This document shows positions 1 through 10,788 of a stretch of 64,000 nt of DNA, piece by piece (the stretch's first letter is position 1; the number at the start of each line of letters is the position of its first letter). Where the stretch lies: positions 1,600,001 to 1,664,000 of the forward strand of contig CAWGHO010000002.1 in assembly GCA_963822445.1 (NCBI GenBank), written 5' to 3'. The DNA is from an uncultured Acidobacteriota bacterium. GTDB taxonomy: Bacteria > Acidobacteriota > Thermoanaerobaculia > Gp7-AA8. The notes below the pieces were generated by a model. It was given only the letters and a program-made list of their open reading frames with translations, was not told where the DNA came from and did not search any database. The translations under genes were made by a program, and so were the position numbers.

Positions 1-2
1 CG

Positions 3-392
3 TTCGACGCCGGTGTGACGTTCGCCGAAGCCGTCGACGAAAACTACGCGGATGCCGACTACCTCGTCGAGCTCACCACGGCCGCGGACGGCGGCGAATA
101 CGGTGGCGTCGGGATCGGCGGCCGTCACGGCGGCGTCGAGCTTTCGATGTCCGTCGCGAAGGTATTCGCCGAGTTGCGGATTTACGACGGCCGGACCTAC
201 GAGCTGATCGCGACCGAAGACCTGCGCAAGAAGAGCCGCGCGGTGCTGCCGACGGCGCTGGCCATCGGCGGACGCCGCTCCTGGCTCGGGGTCGCGGTGC
301 CGATCGCGCAATGGGTGCAGTACCGCAACGTTGCGCGGGACGCCGCGCGCGATGCGGCGGAGCGGGTCACGGCGGCGATCGCCGAGCGATGA
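3..392 (+). CDS. hypothetical protein, 5'-truncated by window edge
   Basis: Frame open from position 3 to TGA 390-392, which overlaps the cutA ATG (ATGA coupling); no family recognised. Confidence 0.6.
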   Translation, partial: FDAGVTFAEAVDENYADADYLVELTTAADGGEYGGVGIGGRHGGVELSMSVAKVFAELRIYDGRTYELIATEDLRKKSRAVLPTALAIGGRRSWLGVAVPIAQWVQYRNVARDAARDAAERVTAAIAER

Positions 393-703
393 AGCCGGTC
401 CTCGTTCTGACCACTGTCGGTGCCGACTTCGACGCCCGTTCGCTCGCTCACACGCTGGTCGATCTTCGCTTCGCGGCCTGCGTGAACATCGTTCCGCGCA
501 TCGAGTCGGTGTATCAGTGGGAAGGGAAGGTCACCGTCGACGGCGAGCAGCTGCTGATCATCAAGACGTCCGACGAGCGCATCGCCACGCTTCGCGAAGA
601 GCTCTTTCGCCGGCATCCCTACACCGTGCCGGAGTTCATCGTCATCCCGATCTCCGAGACGTCAGACTCCTACGGCGCGTGGCTTCTGGAATCGGTGACG
701 TAG
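389..703 (+). CDS. cutA: divalent-cation tolerance protein CutA
   Basis: From ATG 389: LVDLRFAACVNIVPRIESVYQWEGK...LLIIKT...HPYTVPE, typical CutA1 motifs. Confidence 0.93.
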   Translation: MKPVLVLTTVGADFDARSLAHTLVDLRFAACVNIVPRIESVYQWEGKVTVDGEQLLIIKTSDERIATLREELFRRHPYTVPEFIVIPISETSDSYGAWLLESVT

Positions 704-3004
704 CGCGAAGAACGCGATCACTGCGAGCATCGTCACCACAGTCACATTCCGCCCCCGCGTAAAAGCCTCGGGCCGATACATCAGCCGGATGCGATGCTTA
801 CCCTGCGGCACGAAGATCCCGATGAAAGCGTGATTCGCGTCGAGGATTTCCACGCGCCGGCCATCGATGTAGGCGCGCCAGCCCGGCCAGTTGCTGTCGG
901 ACACGACGACCCAGCCGTCGAGCTCCATCGTGGCCTCGAGGTCGTAGATGGAGAATCCCTCGCGGCGCACGATGACGGTGCCGGGGCCGTTCGTGATCTC
1001 GTGCGGCGGGTAATGCGGCACGGTGATCCAGCCGCGGCCGGCGAAATCCTTTTCCTTGGCCATGGCGTCGACGACCGCCTTGCCCACGCGCTCGTAGCGG
1101 ATGCGTCGCGGAACGTACGCGCGCGGCAGAGCATTCTCGTTCTCGAGCAGCCGGCTTCCGCGATCGTCGGCGACCACTTTCCATCCGGGTTCCGGGGCGA
1201 CGCCGATGGAGGTGAGGGCGTAGCGGACGCCGAGGAAGTTGAGGAAGGGGCGCCACATCTCGGGGACGTTGTTGAAGAAGATGTTCTGCGGCTTGCACCA
1301 GATCGGATAGGTCTCGGCGAGTTTGCGGAACGTCATCGCTTCGTAGCCGCGCGCGTCCTCGAGGCCGTACAGCGCGGCGCCATCGGGAATGAGCGCGAAG
1401 TGCAGTCCGACCGTGCGGAAGGGCGACGGGTCGTTGACGGGAATCGCCGCGAGCAGCGGCACGCGCGGATAGAACGCTTTGGCGTCGAGGCTGGGATAGA
1501 TCGCGCCGTCTTCGAGCGTTCGTTGCACGAGAACGAGTCCGAGTAACGCGACCACCGCGAATCGCGGGCGCATCGCCAGAAGGACGATGGCGATGAGCAG
1601 CGGCACGAGCTCGGCGAGGACGAGATTTCCCATCAGCTCGTGGTCCACCCCCGCGGCCAGTTGCGAGTCGCGAAGGATGAATGAGCCGACCGCGAGCGCA
1701 ATCCCGACCGCCGCGAGCGCGAACACCGCGCGTGGCTTCCAGGCATCGACGGCGATCGCGGCGAGCATGGCCATCGCGAACGCGGCCGCGAACACGAATC
1801 GATCGTTCAGGGCGATGTTGAAGAGCGGCAGCTCGTGCAGGAAATGCGCGACCGGCGGCGCATCGAATCCCGCGCACAAACCGATGATCGCCATCGCGAA
1901 GAAGAACCAGGTTTCCTTCCGCCGCGGCGCGACGAAAACCGCCGCGGCCGCGAGCGCGAGAATCAGGCTTCCGACGCGTGCCGACGTCGGCGCCCAGAGG
2001 TCCGTGAAGTTGTCGCGCTCCGGCTGGCCGCCGTAGAACGGAAAGAACGTCGAGCCGGCGCGGCGGGTGATCGTCTCCGGAACGGTGATGAAGTCTGTCT
2101 TCGCGTAGTAGTCGTGGCGGAGGTCGTACTCCTTCGTGTTCGGCGCCGCGGCCATGAAGGGCATCAGCAGAATGGCCGTGAGTCCGAGGGCGACGAGTCC
2201 CGACGCGGTGGCGATGCCGATCGCGCGCAGCGTGTCGCGGCGAACGACGATCAGTTCGAAGATGCCGTACGCCGCGCCGGTGGCCACGATGTGCAGGACG
2301 GATTCGGGATGGCCGGTGAAGATCAACGTGGTGAGCGCGATCGTGAGCGTGACCGCGCCGCGCAGCGATCGCTCGTGAACCACGAGCCGCACCGCGGACA
2401 AAACCAGCGGCAGGAGCGTCCAGGCGCGGCCGAGAGGCCAGCCGACGAAGAAAGCGATCATGCCGCAGAAGGTGTAGCCGGCCGCGGCGATGAGCGACGC
2501 GGCTTCCCCCAGCCCGAGGAGACGGGCGAAGGCGAAGGTGAAGAAGGCGCCGAAGAAGAAGGTCATCGACGCGCCGAACGTCAGCGCCTGCGGATGGGCG
2601 AGGAGTAATCCGAGCACGTTCAGCGCGTCGTACGGCGCGGCCTGCATGTTCGCGGCGAGGATGTTTCCGCAAAGGAGGAACGGGTTCCAGAGCGGCCATT
2701 CGCCGTGAGCCAGGGCCTGCCGCACCGCGCTCTGCCACGGCATGATCTGGGCGTAGAGGTCGGAGAGCGTGCCGTTGTGCGGCTCGCGGAATCCGTAATC
2801 GGCCGCGTAATCGATCAGCGGCTCGGACATGAACGGGAGATCGATTGGCGCGTAGACCTGGCCGGTGAGCAGCGCCCGGCCGGTGAAGCAGAAGGGGATC
2901 AGGATCAGCACGATCGCGGCGGCCACGCTGATGCGCGCCACGAAGCGATCCCACGTCAGGAGGAGGGCGATGGTGGCGAGGAGGTAGAGAACGATCGCCG
3001 GCAA
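662..3004 (-). CDS. YfhO-family (GT-C-like) multi-pass membrane protein
   Basis: Many TM segments; WPLWNPFLLCG, GHPE, EDARGYEAM and C-terminal WPGWRAYIDG...ANHAFIGI motifs. TTG start lies 9 nt after a TAAGAT -10-like box (3014-3019). Confidence 0.8.
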   Translation of the reverse strand: MPAIVLYLLATIALLLTWDRFVARISVAAAIVLILIPFCFTGRALLTGQVYAPIDLPFMSEPLIDYAADYGFREPHNGTLSDLYAQIMPWQSAVRQALAHGEWPLWNPFLLCGNILAANMQAAPYDALNVLGLLLAHPQALTFGASMTFFFGAFFTFAFARLLGLGEAASLIAAAGYTFCGMIAFFVGWPLGRAWTLLPLVLSAVRLVVHERSLRGAVTLTIALTTLIFTGHPESVLHIVATGAAYGIFELIVVRRDTLRAIGIATASGLVALGLTAILLMPFMAAAPNTKEYDLRHDYYAKTDFITVPETITRRAGSTFFPFYGGQPERDNFTDLWAPTSARVGSLILALAAAAVFVAPRRKETWFFFAMAIIGLCAGFDAPPVAHFLHELPLFNIALNDRFVFAAAFAMAMLAAIAVDAWKPRAVFALAAVGIALAVGSFILRDSQLAAGVDHELMGNLVLAELVPLLIAIVLLAMRPRFAVVALLGLVLVQRTLEDGAIYPSLDAKAFYPRVPLLAAIPVNDPSPFRTVGLHFALIPDGAALYGLEDARGYEAMTFRKLAETYPIWCKPQNIFFNNVPEMWRPFLNFLGVRYALTSIGVAPEPGWKVVADDRGSRLLENENALPRAYVPRRIRYERVGKAVVDAMAKEKDFAGRGWITVPHYPPHEITNGPGTVIVRREGFSIYDLEATMELDGWVVVSDSNWPGWRAYIDGRRVEILDANHAFIGIFVPQGKHRIRLMYRPEAFTRGRNVTVVTMLAVIAFFALRHRFQKPRAVGV

Positions 3005-4989
3005 ACGCGGGCAATCTTAACCGCGAGAAGAATCGCCAACGTCAGGAGGGAGATCGCCCGCCCGCGGGTGAAGGACTCCGGCAGGTACACCAGCCTCACG
3101 CGATGGTGGCCGCCGGGAACGGAGATGCCCAGGAAGGCGTGGTTGGCGAAATGGGTCTCGACGCGGCGGCCGTCGATGTACGCGCGCCATCCTTTCCAGG
3201 CCGATTCCGAGACGACGATCCAGCCGTCGCCGTCGAGAGTCGCGTCGAGCTCGTACTCGAGCCCCTTGCGGCGGATGGTGACGGTGCCGCTGGCGTTGTT
3301 GCGTTCGTGGGGCTCGCCGGACTCGCCGGACTCGATCCAGGCCAGGTCCGCAAAGTCCGTGGCCTGGCTCATCTGATGGACGACGTTGTCGCTGGTCTCG
3401 AAGCGGATGCGTCTCGGGATGAACGCACGCGGCAAAGCTGCCTGGTTCTCGATCACTTCACGGTCATTCAGTACGTAGTGGACGTTCAGGAACGACAGAA
3501 ACGGCCGCGCGGGATCGTCGATGATGTTGAAGAACGCCGGCTGGTAGCGCGACCAGAGCGGGTAGGTCTGGGCGAAGCGGCGGAAGGTCATGGCCTCGTA
3601 GCCGCGGACGTCTTCGAGCTCGAACAGCGCCGCACCGTTTGGCAGCAGCGTGACGCCGGTTCCCGCGACTCGAAACAGATCATCACGCTGCATCGACGCG
3701 ATCTGCGGCACTTGCGGATAGAACGTCTTCGCATCGAGAGCCGGATAGATCCCGCCGTCTTCGATCGTCCGTTCGACGAGCACGATCGCCAGGAGGATCG
3801 GCGCGAGACGCGGCCAGCGATCCGCTCCCATCCCCGCGAGCATGGCCAGTGCGAAAGACGCCGCAAACGCGAAACGCTCGTTGATGGCGATGTCGAAGAG
3901 CGGCAGTTCGTGCAGCAGATGGGGCAACGGCGGAATGCCGCAGGTGATCAGAAATCCGGCGACGGCCAGCGCGGCGAAGAACCACGCCTCTTTTTTGCGG
4001 GCAAGTAACGCGAGGAGCAGAACGCTGAAGCCGACGCGCGTCGAAAGCGGATCGCCTTTGATCCACGGCAGAAAACTGCGCGCGATCCGTTCCTTCGTCT
4101 GCTGCGGTTGGATGATCTGGCCGTAGGGCTTCGTCGCGTACATCTCCGCACGGATGTTGTGCTCGACCGTTTGCGGCGCGGCCTCTGCGAAGGGGAGGAG
4201 GTAGATGGCCGTGAGGCCGAGGGCGATCAGGCCGGAGAGAAAAGCGCGAGGAAACGAGCGCGCCTGGCGCAGGCCGTAAATCGCCCCCACCGTCACCACG
4301 TGCAGCACCGTCTCCGGATGCCCCGCCACGATCAGCAGCGCCAGCGCCGCGGTCAGCATCGTCCATCGCCGCTCCCGCACACTGAAGAGAATCAGCGGCA
4401 GGAACGTCCACGCCCTCCCCAGCGGCCACCCCACGTAAAACGCGAGCATCGCGCAGAACGCGAAGGCCGCCGCGGCGACGAGCGACGGCCCTTCGCGCAA
4501 TCCGATCGATCGCGCGAACACGAACGTGAAGAACGCGGCGAAGAAGAACGTCATCGACGCGCCGAACGTCAGCGCGTGCGGCAGCGGCAGCACCAGAGCG
4601 ATCCAGGTCAGCGGGTCGTACACCGCCGGTTGCGCGGCCGCGGCGAGGATGTCCCCGCAGAGAATGAACGGATTCCACAGCGGCCACTCCCCCTGCGCGA
4701 GCGCGTAACGCACCGCCTTCTGCCAGGGAATCATCTGCGCGTGCAGATCGGACAAGGCGATGTTGTGTGGCGCCGACACGCCGAACTGCGCGGCGTGCGA
4801 TTTCAGCGGCTCGAACTGGAACGGCAGGTCGATCGGCGCATAGACGCGATTCGTGAGCAGCGCGCGGCCGGTGAACGTCATCGGCAGGAGAACCAGGGCG
4901 ATCGCCGCAGCCCGGCTGACCGGCGCGATGCGCCGGCTCCAGACGACGAGCAGCGTCAGCGTGACGGCGAGGTAAAGCGCTAAGGTCAT
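2956..4989 (-). CDS. YfhO-family membrane protein, paralog of the downstream gene
   Basis: Same motifs (YAPIDLPF, WPLWNPFILCG, GHPE, DVRGYEAM, WKGWRAYIDG); collinear but shorter. Confidence 0.8.
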   Translation of the reverse strand: MTLALYLAVTLTLLVVWSRRIAPVSRAAAIALVLLPMTFTGRALLTNRVYAPIDLPFQFEPLKSHAAQFGVSAPHNIALSDLHAQMIPWQKAVRYALAQGEWPLWNPFILCGDILAAAAQPAVYDPLTWIALVLPLPHALTFGASMTFFFAAFFTFVFARSIGLREGPSLVAAAAFAFCAMLAFYVGWPLGRAWTFLPLILFSVRERRWTMLTAALALLIVAGHPETVLHVVTVGAIYGLRQARSFPRAFLSGLIALGLTAIYLLPFAEAAPQTVEHNIRAEMYATKPYGQIIQPQQTKERIARSFLPWIKGDPLSTRVGFSVLLLALLARKKEAWFFAALAVAGFLITCGIPPLPHLLHELPLFDIAINERFAFAASFALAMLAGMGADRWPRLAPILLAIVLVERTIEDGGIYPALDAKTFYPQVPQIASMQRDDLFRVAGTGVTLLPNGAALFELEDVRGYEAMTFRRFAQTYPLWSRYQPAFFNIIDDPARPFLSFLNVHYVLNDREVIENQAALPRAFIPRRIRFETSDNVVHQMSQATDFADLAWIESGESGEPHERNNASGTVTIRRKGLEYELDATLDGDGWIVVSESAWKGWRAYIDGRRVETHFANHAFLGISVPGGHHRVRLVYLPESFTRGRAISLLTLAILLAVKIARVCRRSFSTSSPPSPSS

Positions 4990-5041
4990 GGGTAGGATTT
5001 GTCCCGAGCTGGGACTCTCCTATATCAAAAGGAGAACCCGG

Positions 5042-6457
5042 ATGCTCCGAACGCTGTCCTCAGTGCTTGCTCTCACTCTGTCTCTCGCCGGCTGCGCGAG
5101 CTACACATCCCTCTACCAGATCCGCGGCACCGAAGCGCCGCTTTCCGCTCCGGGGACGGGAACGCTGACCGTCTCCGATCTCGAGCAATCGCGCACCGCC
5201 CAGCTCGACCTGGAGGCGCGTTCCATCGAGCGCTTCAAAGACTTCGAGATCGGCGTGCTGGAGATCACCGACGACGGCCTGGTCAATCCCGCGCAGAAGA
5301 AACAGGTCTTCGACATGGTCAAGCCGCGGCTGGACGGCAAGGAAGTGCTGCTGATCGTGTTCGCGCACGGCTGGCATCACGGACCGCACGTCTGCGACCG
5401 CGACCTGGCCTGCTTCCGTCGGGTGATGGAGCGCTTTGCGACTTCCCCCGACCTGAAGCGTCGAGGCGTAGTCGTCACCGGCATCTACCTCGGCTGGCGC
5501 GGGGAGTCGATCCGCGGCAAGTATGTGAACGCCCTGTCGTTCTTCGACAGGAAGAACACCGCCCAGCACATCGGGCGCACGGGCGCGAAGGAAGTCCTTC
5601 TCGAACTGGACGCGATGTACGCCGCCGCGAAAGCTCCCGGAAAGAACATGACCATGGTCACGGTCGGTCACTCCTTCGGTGGCGCGCTGGTGTTCTCCGC
5701 GATGAAGGGCCTGGCCACGGGCGATGCCGCGGGCATCGTCGAGGGGACCGACCTCACCCAGACGTACCGGATCGTGCGCGCGGAAGGGAATCGCGTCGAG
5801 GCCGAAAAAGCGGGCAGGAAAGCGCTGCGCGCGCGTCTCGGCGATCTGGTCGTGCTGGTCAATCCGGCCATCGAGGCCGCGCAGTACAAACCGTTCAGCG
5901 CGGACCTGCCGAAATGGGAGACCGGCAAGTACGGTCCGCCGCCGGACAAACAGCTGCCCTACGACCCCCATCAGTTGCCGGTCCTGCTCGCCGTAGCCTC
6001 GGAAGCCGACGCCGCGGTCGGTCTCGCGTTCCCGGCCGGCCGGTGGCTGGCGGCGCTGCGGGAGCCGGACATCGCCTTCGATGAATCGAAGCGCAAAGGG
6101 ATCGGCCACTACGAGCCACACGTCACCCATCGCCTGACCTATCCGGAGAAGCCGTTCACCGAGACGCCGCAGCAGTGCGGCTGCCCGAAGAACTTCGACG
6201 CGGACACGATGGACATCACCGAACAGCCGCTGGACCTGCATACGACGGCCGAGCAGACCTTCGGCGATCTCAAGTTCACGCCGACGCGGCCCGAAGCGTG
6301 GGACGTTCATTCGCCCTACGTCGTGGTGAGCACGTCGAAGGGCGTGATCCGCGAGCACAGCGACATCTACAACCCCGTCTTCGTCGAGTTCCTGACGAAG
6401 TTCATCCGCGCCTACTACGCGCGCTCGGTGCAGGTCGAGAGTGCGAGGGCGAAGTAG
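5042..6457 (+). CDS. lipoprotein, alpha/beta-hydrolase fold (esterase/lipase-like)
   Basis: SD AAAGGAG before ATG 5042; lipobox LAGC; FAHGW oxyanion motif, GHSFG nucleophile elbow, C-terminal HSDI. Confidence 0.7.
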   Translation: MLRTLSSVLALTLSLAGCASYTSLYQIRGTEAPLSAPGTGTLTVSDLEQSRTAQLDLEARSIERFKDFEIGVLEITDDGLVNPAQKKQVFDMVKPRLDGKEVLLIVFAHGWHHGPHVCDRDLACFRRVMERFATSPDLKRRGVVVTGIYLGWRGESIRGKYVNALSFFDRKNTAQHIGRTGAKEVLLELDAMYAAAKAPGKNMTMVTVGHSFGGALVFSAMKGLATGDAAGIVEGTDLTQTYRIVRAEGNRVEAEKAGRKALRARLGDLVVLVNPAIEAAQYKPFSADLPKWETGKYGPPPDKQLPYDPHQLPVLLAVASEADAAVGLAFPAGRWLAALREPDIAFDESKRKGIGHYEPHVTHRLTYPEKPFTETPQQCGCPKNFDADTMDITEQPLDLHTTAEQTFGDLKFTPTRPEAWDVHSPYVVVSTSKGVIREHSDIYNPVFVEFLTKFIRAYYARSVQVESARAK

Positions 6458-6466
6458 ACTTCGCGG

Positions 6467-7588
6467 ATGGGCATCGACAGACGTGATTTCGTCACCGCCG
6501 CCGCGGTGGCTTCGCTCGCCCCGGCCGCGCTGCTGGAGGCGGCGGAAAAGCACATGCTCCAGATGGGCGGGTATCCGCTCAACGCCGAAACGCCGCTCGA
6601 GCTGCTCACCGACTACCTGACCCCGAACGACATCTTCTTCGTGCGCAGCCACTGGATTCCGCGCATGCCGGATCCGAAAGCCTGGCGGCTGGCGATCGAT
6701 GGCGAGGTCAATCGCCCGCTCTCCCTTTCGCTGGCCGATCTCAAATCGATGGAGCGCGTCGAAGCGACGTGCGTGTTGCAGTGCGCCGGCAACGGCCGCG
6801 CGTTGCACCAGCCCGTGCTGCCGGGCGTGCAGTGGATGTATGGCGCGGTCGGCAATGCGAAGTGGGCGGGGGTTCGCGTGAAGGACGTGCTCGAGCGCGC
6901 GGGCGTGAAAGCCGGCGCCGCGCATCTGCATCTCTTCGGCAGCGACGACCCGCCCGGCAAAGTACCGCCGTTTCATCGCAGCATCGAGCTGGCGAAAGCG
7001 CTCGACGACTGCATCCTCGCCTACGAAATGAACGGGCAGCCGCTGCCGCAGGCGCACGGCGCGCCGCTGCGGCTCGTCGTTCCCGGCTGGGCCGGCGATC
7101 ACTGGATGAAATGGGTGGTGCGCATCACAGCCTCGTCGAAACCGCAGACCGGTTTCTTCATGGACACCGCCTATCGCTGGCCGCTGAAGCCCGGCGCGCC
7201 GGGCGTGACGTTCAAGCCCGAGGAGATGAAGCCGGTCACGGAGAACTTCGTGAAGTCGAACATCACCACCGCGCCGAAGAAGGCCCGCGTCGGTAAACCG
7301 GTCGACATCCGCGGCTTCGCCTTCTCCGGCGCGCCGGACATCGCCCGGGTCGACATCAGCGAAGACGGTGGCGCGACGTGGAAACTGGCCACGCTGGAGC
7401 CGCATCGCGCACCGCACGCCTGGCGGTTGTGGACGTACCGCTGGCCGCCGCGTCGTGCGGGCAAGGTCCGCCTGATTGCGCGCGCTACGGACAGTAGAGG
7501 CGTCGTCCAGCCGCGCAACGCGGTGTGGAATCAGAGCGGCTATCTCTACAACGGGTGGTATTCGGTCGAGATCGAGGTGACGGCGTGA
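6467..7588 (+). CDS. sulfite oxidase family molybdopterin oxidoreductase (SorA/SoxC-like), Tat-exported
   Basis: DRRDF twin-arginine signal; FFVRSH, LQCAGNGR (Mo-ligand Cys), HGAPLRLVVPGW, WMKW; C-terminal dimerisation domain WNQSGY. Confidence 0.9.
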   Translation: MGIDRRDFVTAAAVASLAPAALLEAAEKHMLQMGGYPLNAETPLELLTDYLTPNDIFFVRSHWIPRMPDPKAWRLAIDGEVNRPLSLSLADLKSMERVEATCVLQCAGNGRALHQPVLPGVQWMYGAVGNAKWAGVRVKDVLERAGVKAGAAHLHLFGSDDPPGKVPPFHRSIELAKALDDCILAYEMNGQPLPQAHGAPLRLVVPGWAGDHWMKWVVRITASSKPQTGFFMDTAYRWPLKPGAPGVTFKPEEMKPVTENFVKSNITTAPKKARVGKPVDIRGFAFSGAPDIARVDISEDGGATWKLATLEPHRAPHAWRLWTYRWPPRRAGKVRLIARATDSRGVVQPRNAVWNQSGYLYNGWYSVEIEVTA

Positions 7589-7887
7589 TCGCCTACGCCC
7601 TGACCATCCTCATGGCCGTCCTGCCCATGCCCGGCACGCAGTTCAAGCAGTTGCCGAACGGTCCGGGCAAAGCTGAAGTCGAGGCCGCCTGCTACGCCTG
7701 CCACTCCGCGGACATCCTCGCCCAGCAGCGCCTGACCGAAAAACAGTGGCTGGCCAGCGTGGAAAAGATGGCCCGCTGGGGCGCGGTCGTGCCCGACGGG
7801 AAGAAGGACGTGATCGTGAAGTACCTGGCCCGGCACTTCGGGCCGACGAACAGGTTCGTGCCGATTCGGACGGGGCCGGTCCGGTAA
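7585..7887 (+). CDS. monoheme cytochrome c (SorB-like partner)
   Basis: GTGA overlap with upstream stop; signal peptide, CYACH heme motif, QRLTEKQW...VEKM..WGA. Confidence 0.85.
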   Translation: MIAYALTILMAVLPMPGTQFKQLPNGPGKAEVEAACYACHSADILAQQRLTEKQWLASVEKMARWGAVVPDGKKDVIVKYLARHFGPTNRFVPIRTGPVR

Positions 7888-7953
7888 CGCCCGCGCTACA
7901 CCCCGTAGACCGGGAAGACCTTCGCCCCGCCCGGAGTTAGATTGGTTCCTTCC

Positions 7954-10788
7954 ATGGATTCAATCGTCATCCGCGGTGCACGCGAGCACAACCTCAAAAA
8001 CATCGACGTAGTCGTCCCCCGCAACAAGTTCGTGGTCATCACGGGCGTGTCCGGCTCGGGGAAATCCTCCCTGGCCTTCGACACCATCTTTGCCGAGGGG
8101 CAGCGGCGCTACGTCGAGTCCCTCTCGGCTTACGCCCGGCAGTTCCTCGAGCAGATGGAAAAGCCGGACGTCGACTCGATCGAAGGCCTCTCGCCGGCCA
8201 TCTCCATCGAGCAGCGCACCACCTCGCGCAACCCGCGCTCGACTGTCGGCACGGTTACGGAGATCTACGACTACCTCCGCCTCCTCTACGCCTCGATCGG
8301 CACACCGCACTGCACGAGCTGCGGCCAGGAGATCCGCCCCCAGACCATCCAGCAGATGGTCGACAAGCTGCTGCTGCTGCCGCAGGGGACGAAGTTCACG
8401 ATCCTCGCGCCGTACGTCCGGGGCAAGAAGGGCGAGTACCGCAAGCAGATGCTGCAGATGGTGAAGGAAGGCTTCACCCACGCCATCGTCAACGGGCAGG
8501 AAGTCGAGCTGTCCGATCCACCCACGCTCGACAAGCAGAAGAAGCACACCATCGACATCCGCATCGACCGCATCGTGGTGAAAGAGGGGATCGCCCAGCG
8601 TCTGGCCGATTCGCTCGAAACCGCCACGCGCGTGACGAAGGGCCTGGTCAAGATCCTCTACCAGGAGGACAAGCGCGAAGAGCTGCTCTCGCAGAACTAC
8701 GCCTGTCCCGACTGCGGCGTCTCCATCGGCGAGATCACGCCGCGTCTCTTCTCCTTCAACTCCCCGTACGGCGCCTGCCCGCGTTGCTCGGGCCTGGGCG
8801 TGCTGTTGGAGATCGACGAGCGCAAGATCGTTCCCGACCCGTCGAAGGCCATCACCGACGGCGCGATCGCCCTCTGGAAAGAAGGCTCGGAGCACTGGCG
8901 CCTGAAGCAGATCCACACGCTGGCCAAACACTACAAATTCAAGCTCGAGACGCCGTGGCAGAAGCTGCCCGAAAAGGCCCGCAACTGCATCCTCTACGGC
9001 TCGGAAGAGAAGCTGAAGTTCGAGTTCCAGGGCTCGGACAGCACCTACTCGTACAACGGCACCTATGAAGGCGTCGTTCCGATGCTGAAGCGCCGCTATC
9101 ACGAGTCCGATTCGGAAGACATTCGCGAAGAGATCGAGCGCTTCATGACGCCCACGAAGTGCCCGGATTGCAAGGGCCGCCGGCTGAAACCCGAAGCGCT
9201 GAGCGTGACCGTCGCGGGAAGCTCGATCGATCAGCTCGTGAAGCAGCAGCTTCAGGACGCGGACGTTTTCTTCAGGAACGTGAGCCTCACGCCGCGCGAG
9301 GAAGCGATCGCCGGCAAGATCCTCAAGGAAGTCCGTGACCGCCTCGGCTTTCTCAACGCCGTCGGCGTTGGTTACCTGACTCTCGATCGCAACGCCGCGT
9401 CGCTCTCCGGCGGCGAGGCCCAGCGCATCCGTCTGGCCACGCAGATCGGCTCGAAGCTGATGGGCGTGCTGTACGTGCTCGATGAGCCGTCGATCGGTCT
9501 GCATCAGCGCGACAACCGTCGTCTCATCGACTCGCTCCTCGAGCTCCGCGACCTCGGCAACACGGTGATCGTCGTCGAGCACGACGAGGAAACGATCGAG
9601 ACCGCGGACCACATCATCGACCTCGGCCCCCGCGCCGGCGTGCACGGCGGCGAGATCGTCGCCGAAGGGACGCTCGAGCAGATCAAGACGTTCCCGAGCT
9701 CACTGACGGCGAAGTATCTGCGCGGCGACGCGGAGATCGCCGTTCCCGCGCTACGCCGCAAGCCGAACGGCAAGAAGCTGGTCATCCGCGGCGCGAAACA
9801 GAACAACCTCAAGAACCTCGATGTCGAGTTCCCGCTCGGCGTGTTCATCGCCGTGACCGGCGTGAGCGGCTCGGGGAAATCGACGCTCGTCAACGACATC
9901 CTCTACAAGGCGCTGTCGAAGCATTTCTACGACGCGATCGACACGCCGGGCGAGCACGATCGCATCGATGGGCTGGAACTGATCGACAAGGTCATCGACA
10001 TCGATCAGTCGCCGATCGGACGCACGCCGCGCTCGAATCCCGCGACGTACACGCAGCTCTTCGGCGAGATCCGCAATCTGATGTCGGCCACTCCGGAAGC
10101 GCGCATGCGCGGATATGGACCGGGGCGTTTCTCCTTCAACGTGAAGGGCGGCCGCTGCGAGGCGTGCAAGGGCGACGGGCAGATCAAGATCGAGATGCAC
10201 TTCATGCCCGACATCTACGTGAAGTGCGACGTCTGCGGCGGCAAGCGCTACAACCGCGAGACGCTCGAGGTGAAGTACAAGGGCTACTCGATCGCCGAGA
10301 TCCTGGACATGACCGTCGAGCAGTCGATCGACGTGTTCCGCAACGTCCCGCGCATCTTCAACATCCTGCACACCCTCGATGAAGTGGGCCTCGGCTACAT
10401 CACCCTCGGCCAGTCCTCGACGACGCTCTCCGGCGGTGAAGCGCAACGCGTGAAACTGGCAAAAGAGCTCGCGAAACGCGCCACGGGGAAGACGCTCTAC
10501 ATCCTCGACGAGCCGACCACCGGCCTGCATTTCGACGACGTGTCCAAGCTCCTCCACCTGATGCACGGCCTCGTCGATCGCGGGAACACAGTGGTGGTGA
10601 TCGAGCACAACCTCGACGTCGTCAAAACCGCCGACCACGTCATCGACCTCGGCCCCGAAGGCGGCGACGGCGGCGGCCGCGTCATCGCCTGCGGCACCCC
10701 CGAGCAGGTCGCCAAAACCAAAGGCAGCCCCACGGCGCTCTACCTGAAAAAGATGCTCGCGAAGGAATCCGTCCTGCGGCTTACGTAG
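7954..10788 (+). CDS. uvrA: excinuclease ABC subunit A
   Basis: [10 protein letters not shown], two GVSGSGKS Walker A motifs, two LSGGEAQR signatures, Zn fingers. Confidence 0.98.
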   Translation: MDSIVIRGAREHNLKNIDVVVPRNKFVVITGVSGSGKSSLAFDTIFAEGQRRYVESLSAYARQFLEQMEKPDVDSIEGLSPAISIEQRTTSRNPRSTVGTVTEIYDYLRLLYASIGTPHCTSCGQEIRPQTIQQMVDKLLLLPQGTKFTILAPYVRGKKGEYRKQMLQMVKEGFTHAIVNGQEVELSDPPTLDKQKKHTIDIRIDRIVVKEGIAQRLADSLETATRVTKGLVKILYQEDKREELLSQNYACPDCGVSIGEITPRLFSFNSPYGACPRCSGLGVLLEIDERKIVPDPSKAITDGAIALWKEGSEHWRLKQIHTLAKHYKFKLETPWQKLPEKARNCILYGSEEKLKFEFQGSDSTYSYNGTYEGVVPMLKRRYHESDSEDIREEIERFMTPTKCPDCKGRRLKPEALSVTVAGSSIDQLVKQQLQDADVFFRNVSLTPREEAIAGKILKEVRDRLGFLNAVGVGYLTLDRNAASLSGGEAQRIRLATQIGSKLMGVLYVLDEPSIGLHQRDNRRLIDSLLELRDLGNTVIVVEHDEETIETADHIIDLGPRAGVHGGEIVAEGTLEQIKTFPSSLTAKYLRGDAEIAVPALRRKPNGKKLVIRGAKQNNLKNLDVEFPLGVFIAVTGVSGSGKSTLVNDILYKALSKHFYDAIDTPGEHDRIDGLELIDKVIDIDQSPIGRTPRSNPATYTQLFGEIRNLMSATPEARMRGYGPGRFSFNVKGGRCEACKGDGQIKIEMHFMPDIYVKCDVCGGKRYNRETLEVKYKGYSIAEILDMTVEQSIDVFRNVPRIFNILHTLDEVGLGYITLGQSSTTLSGGEAQRVKLAKELAKRATGKTLYILDEPTTGLHFDDVSKLLHLMHGLVDRGNTVVVIEHNLDVVKTADHVIDLGPEGGDGGGRVIACGTPEQVAKTKGSPTALYLKKMLAKESVLRLT

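Noticed and set aside
7888-7953. LexA box upstream of uvrA
   Set aside because: Only one GTTC; no GTTC-N7-GTTC, CTGT-N8-ACAG or GAAC-N4-GTTC pattern.
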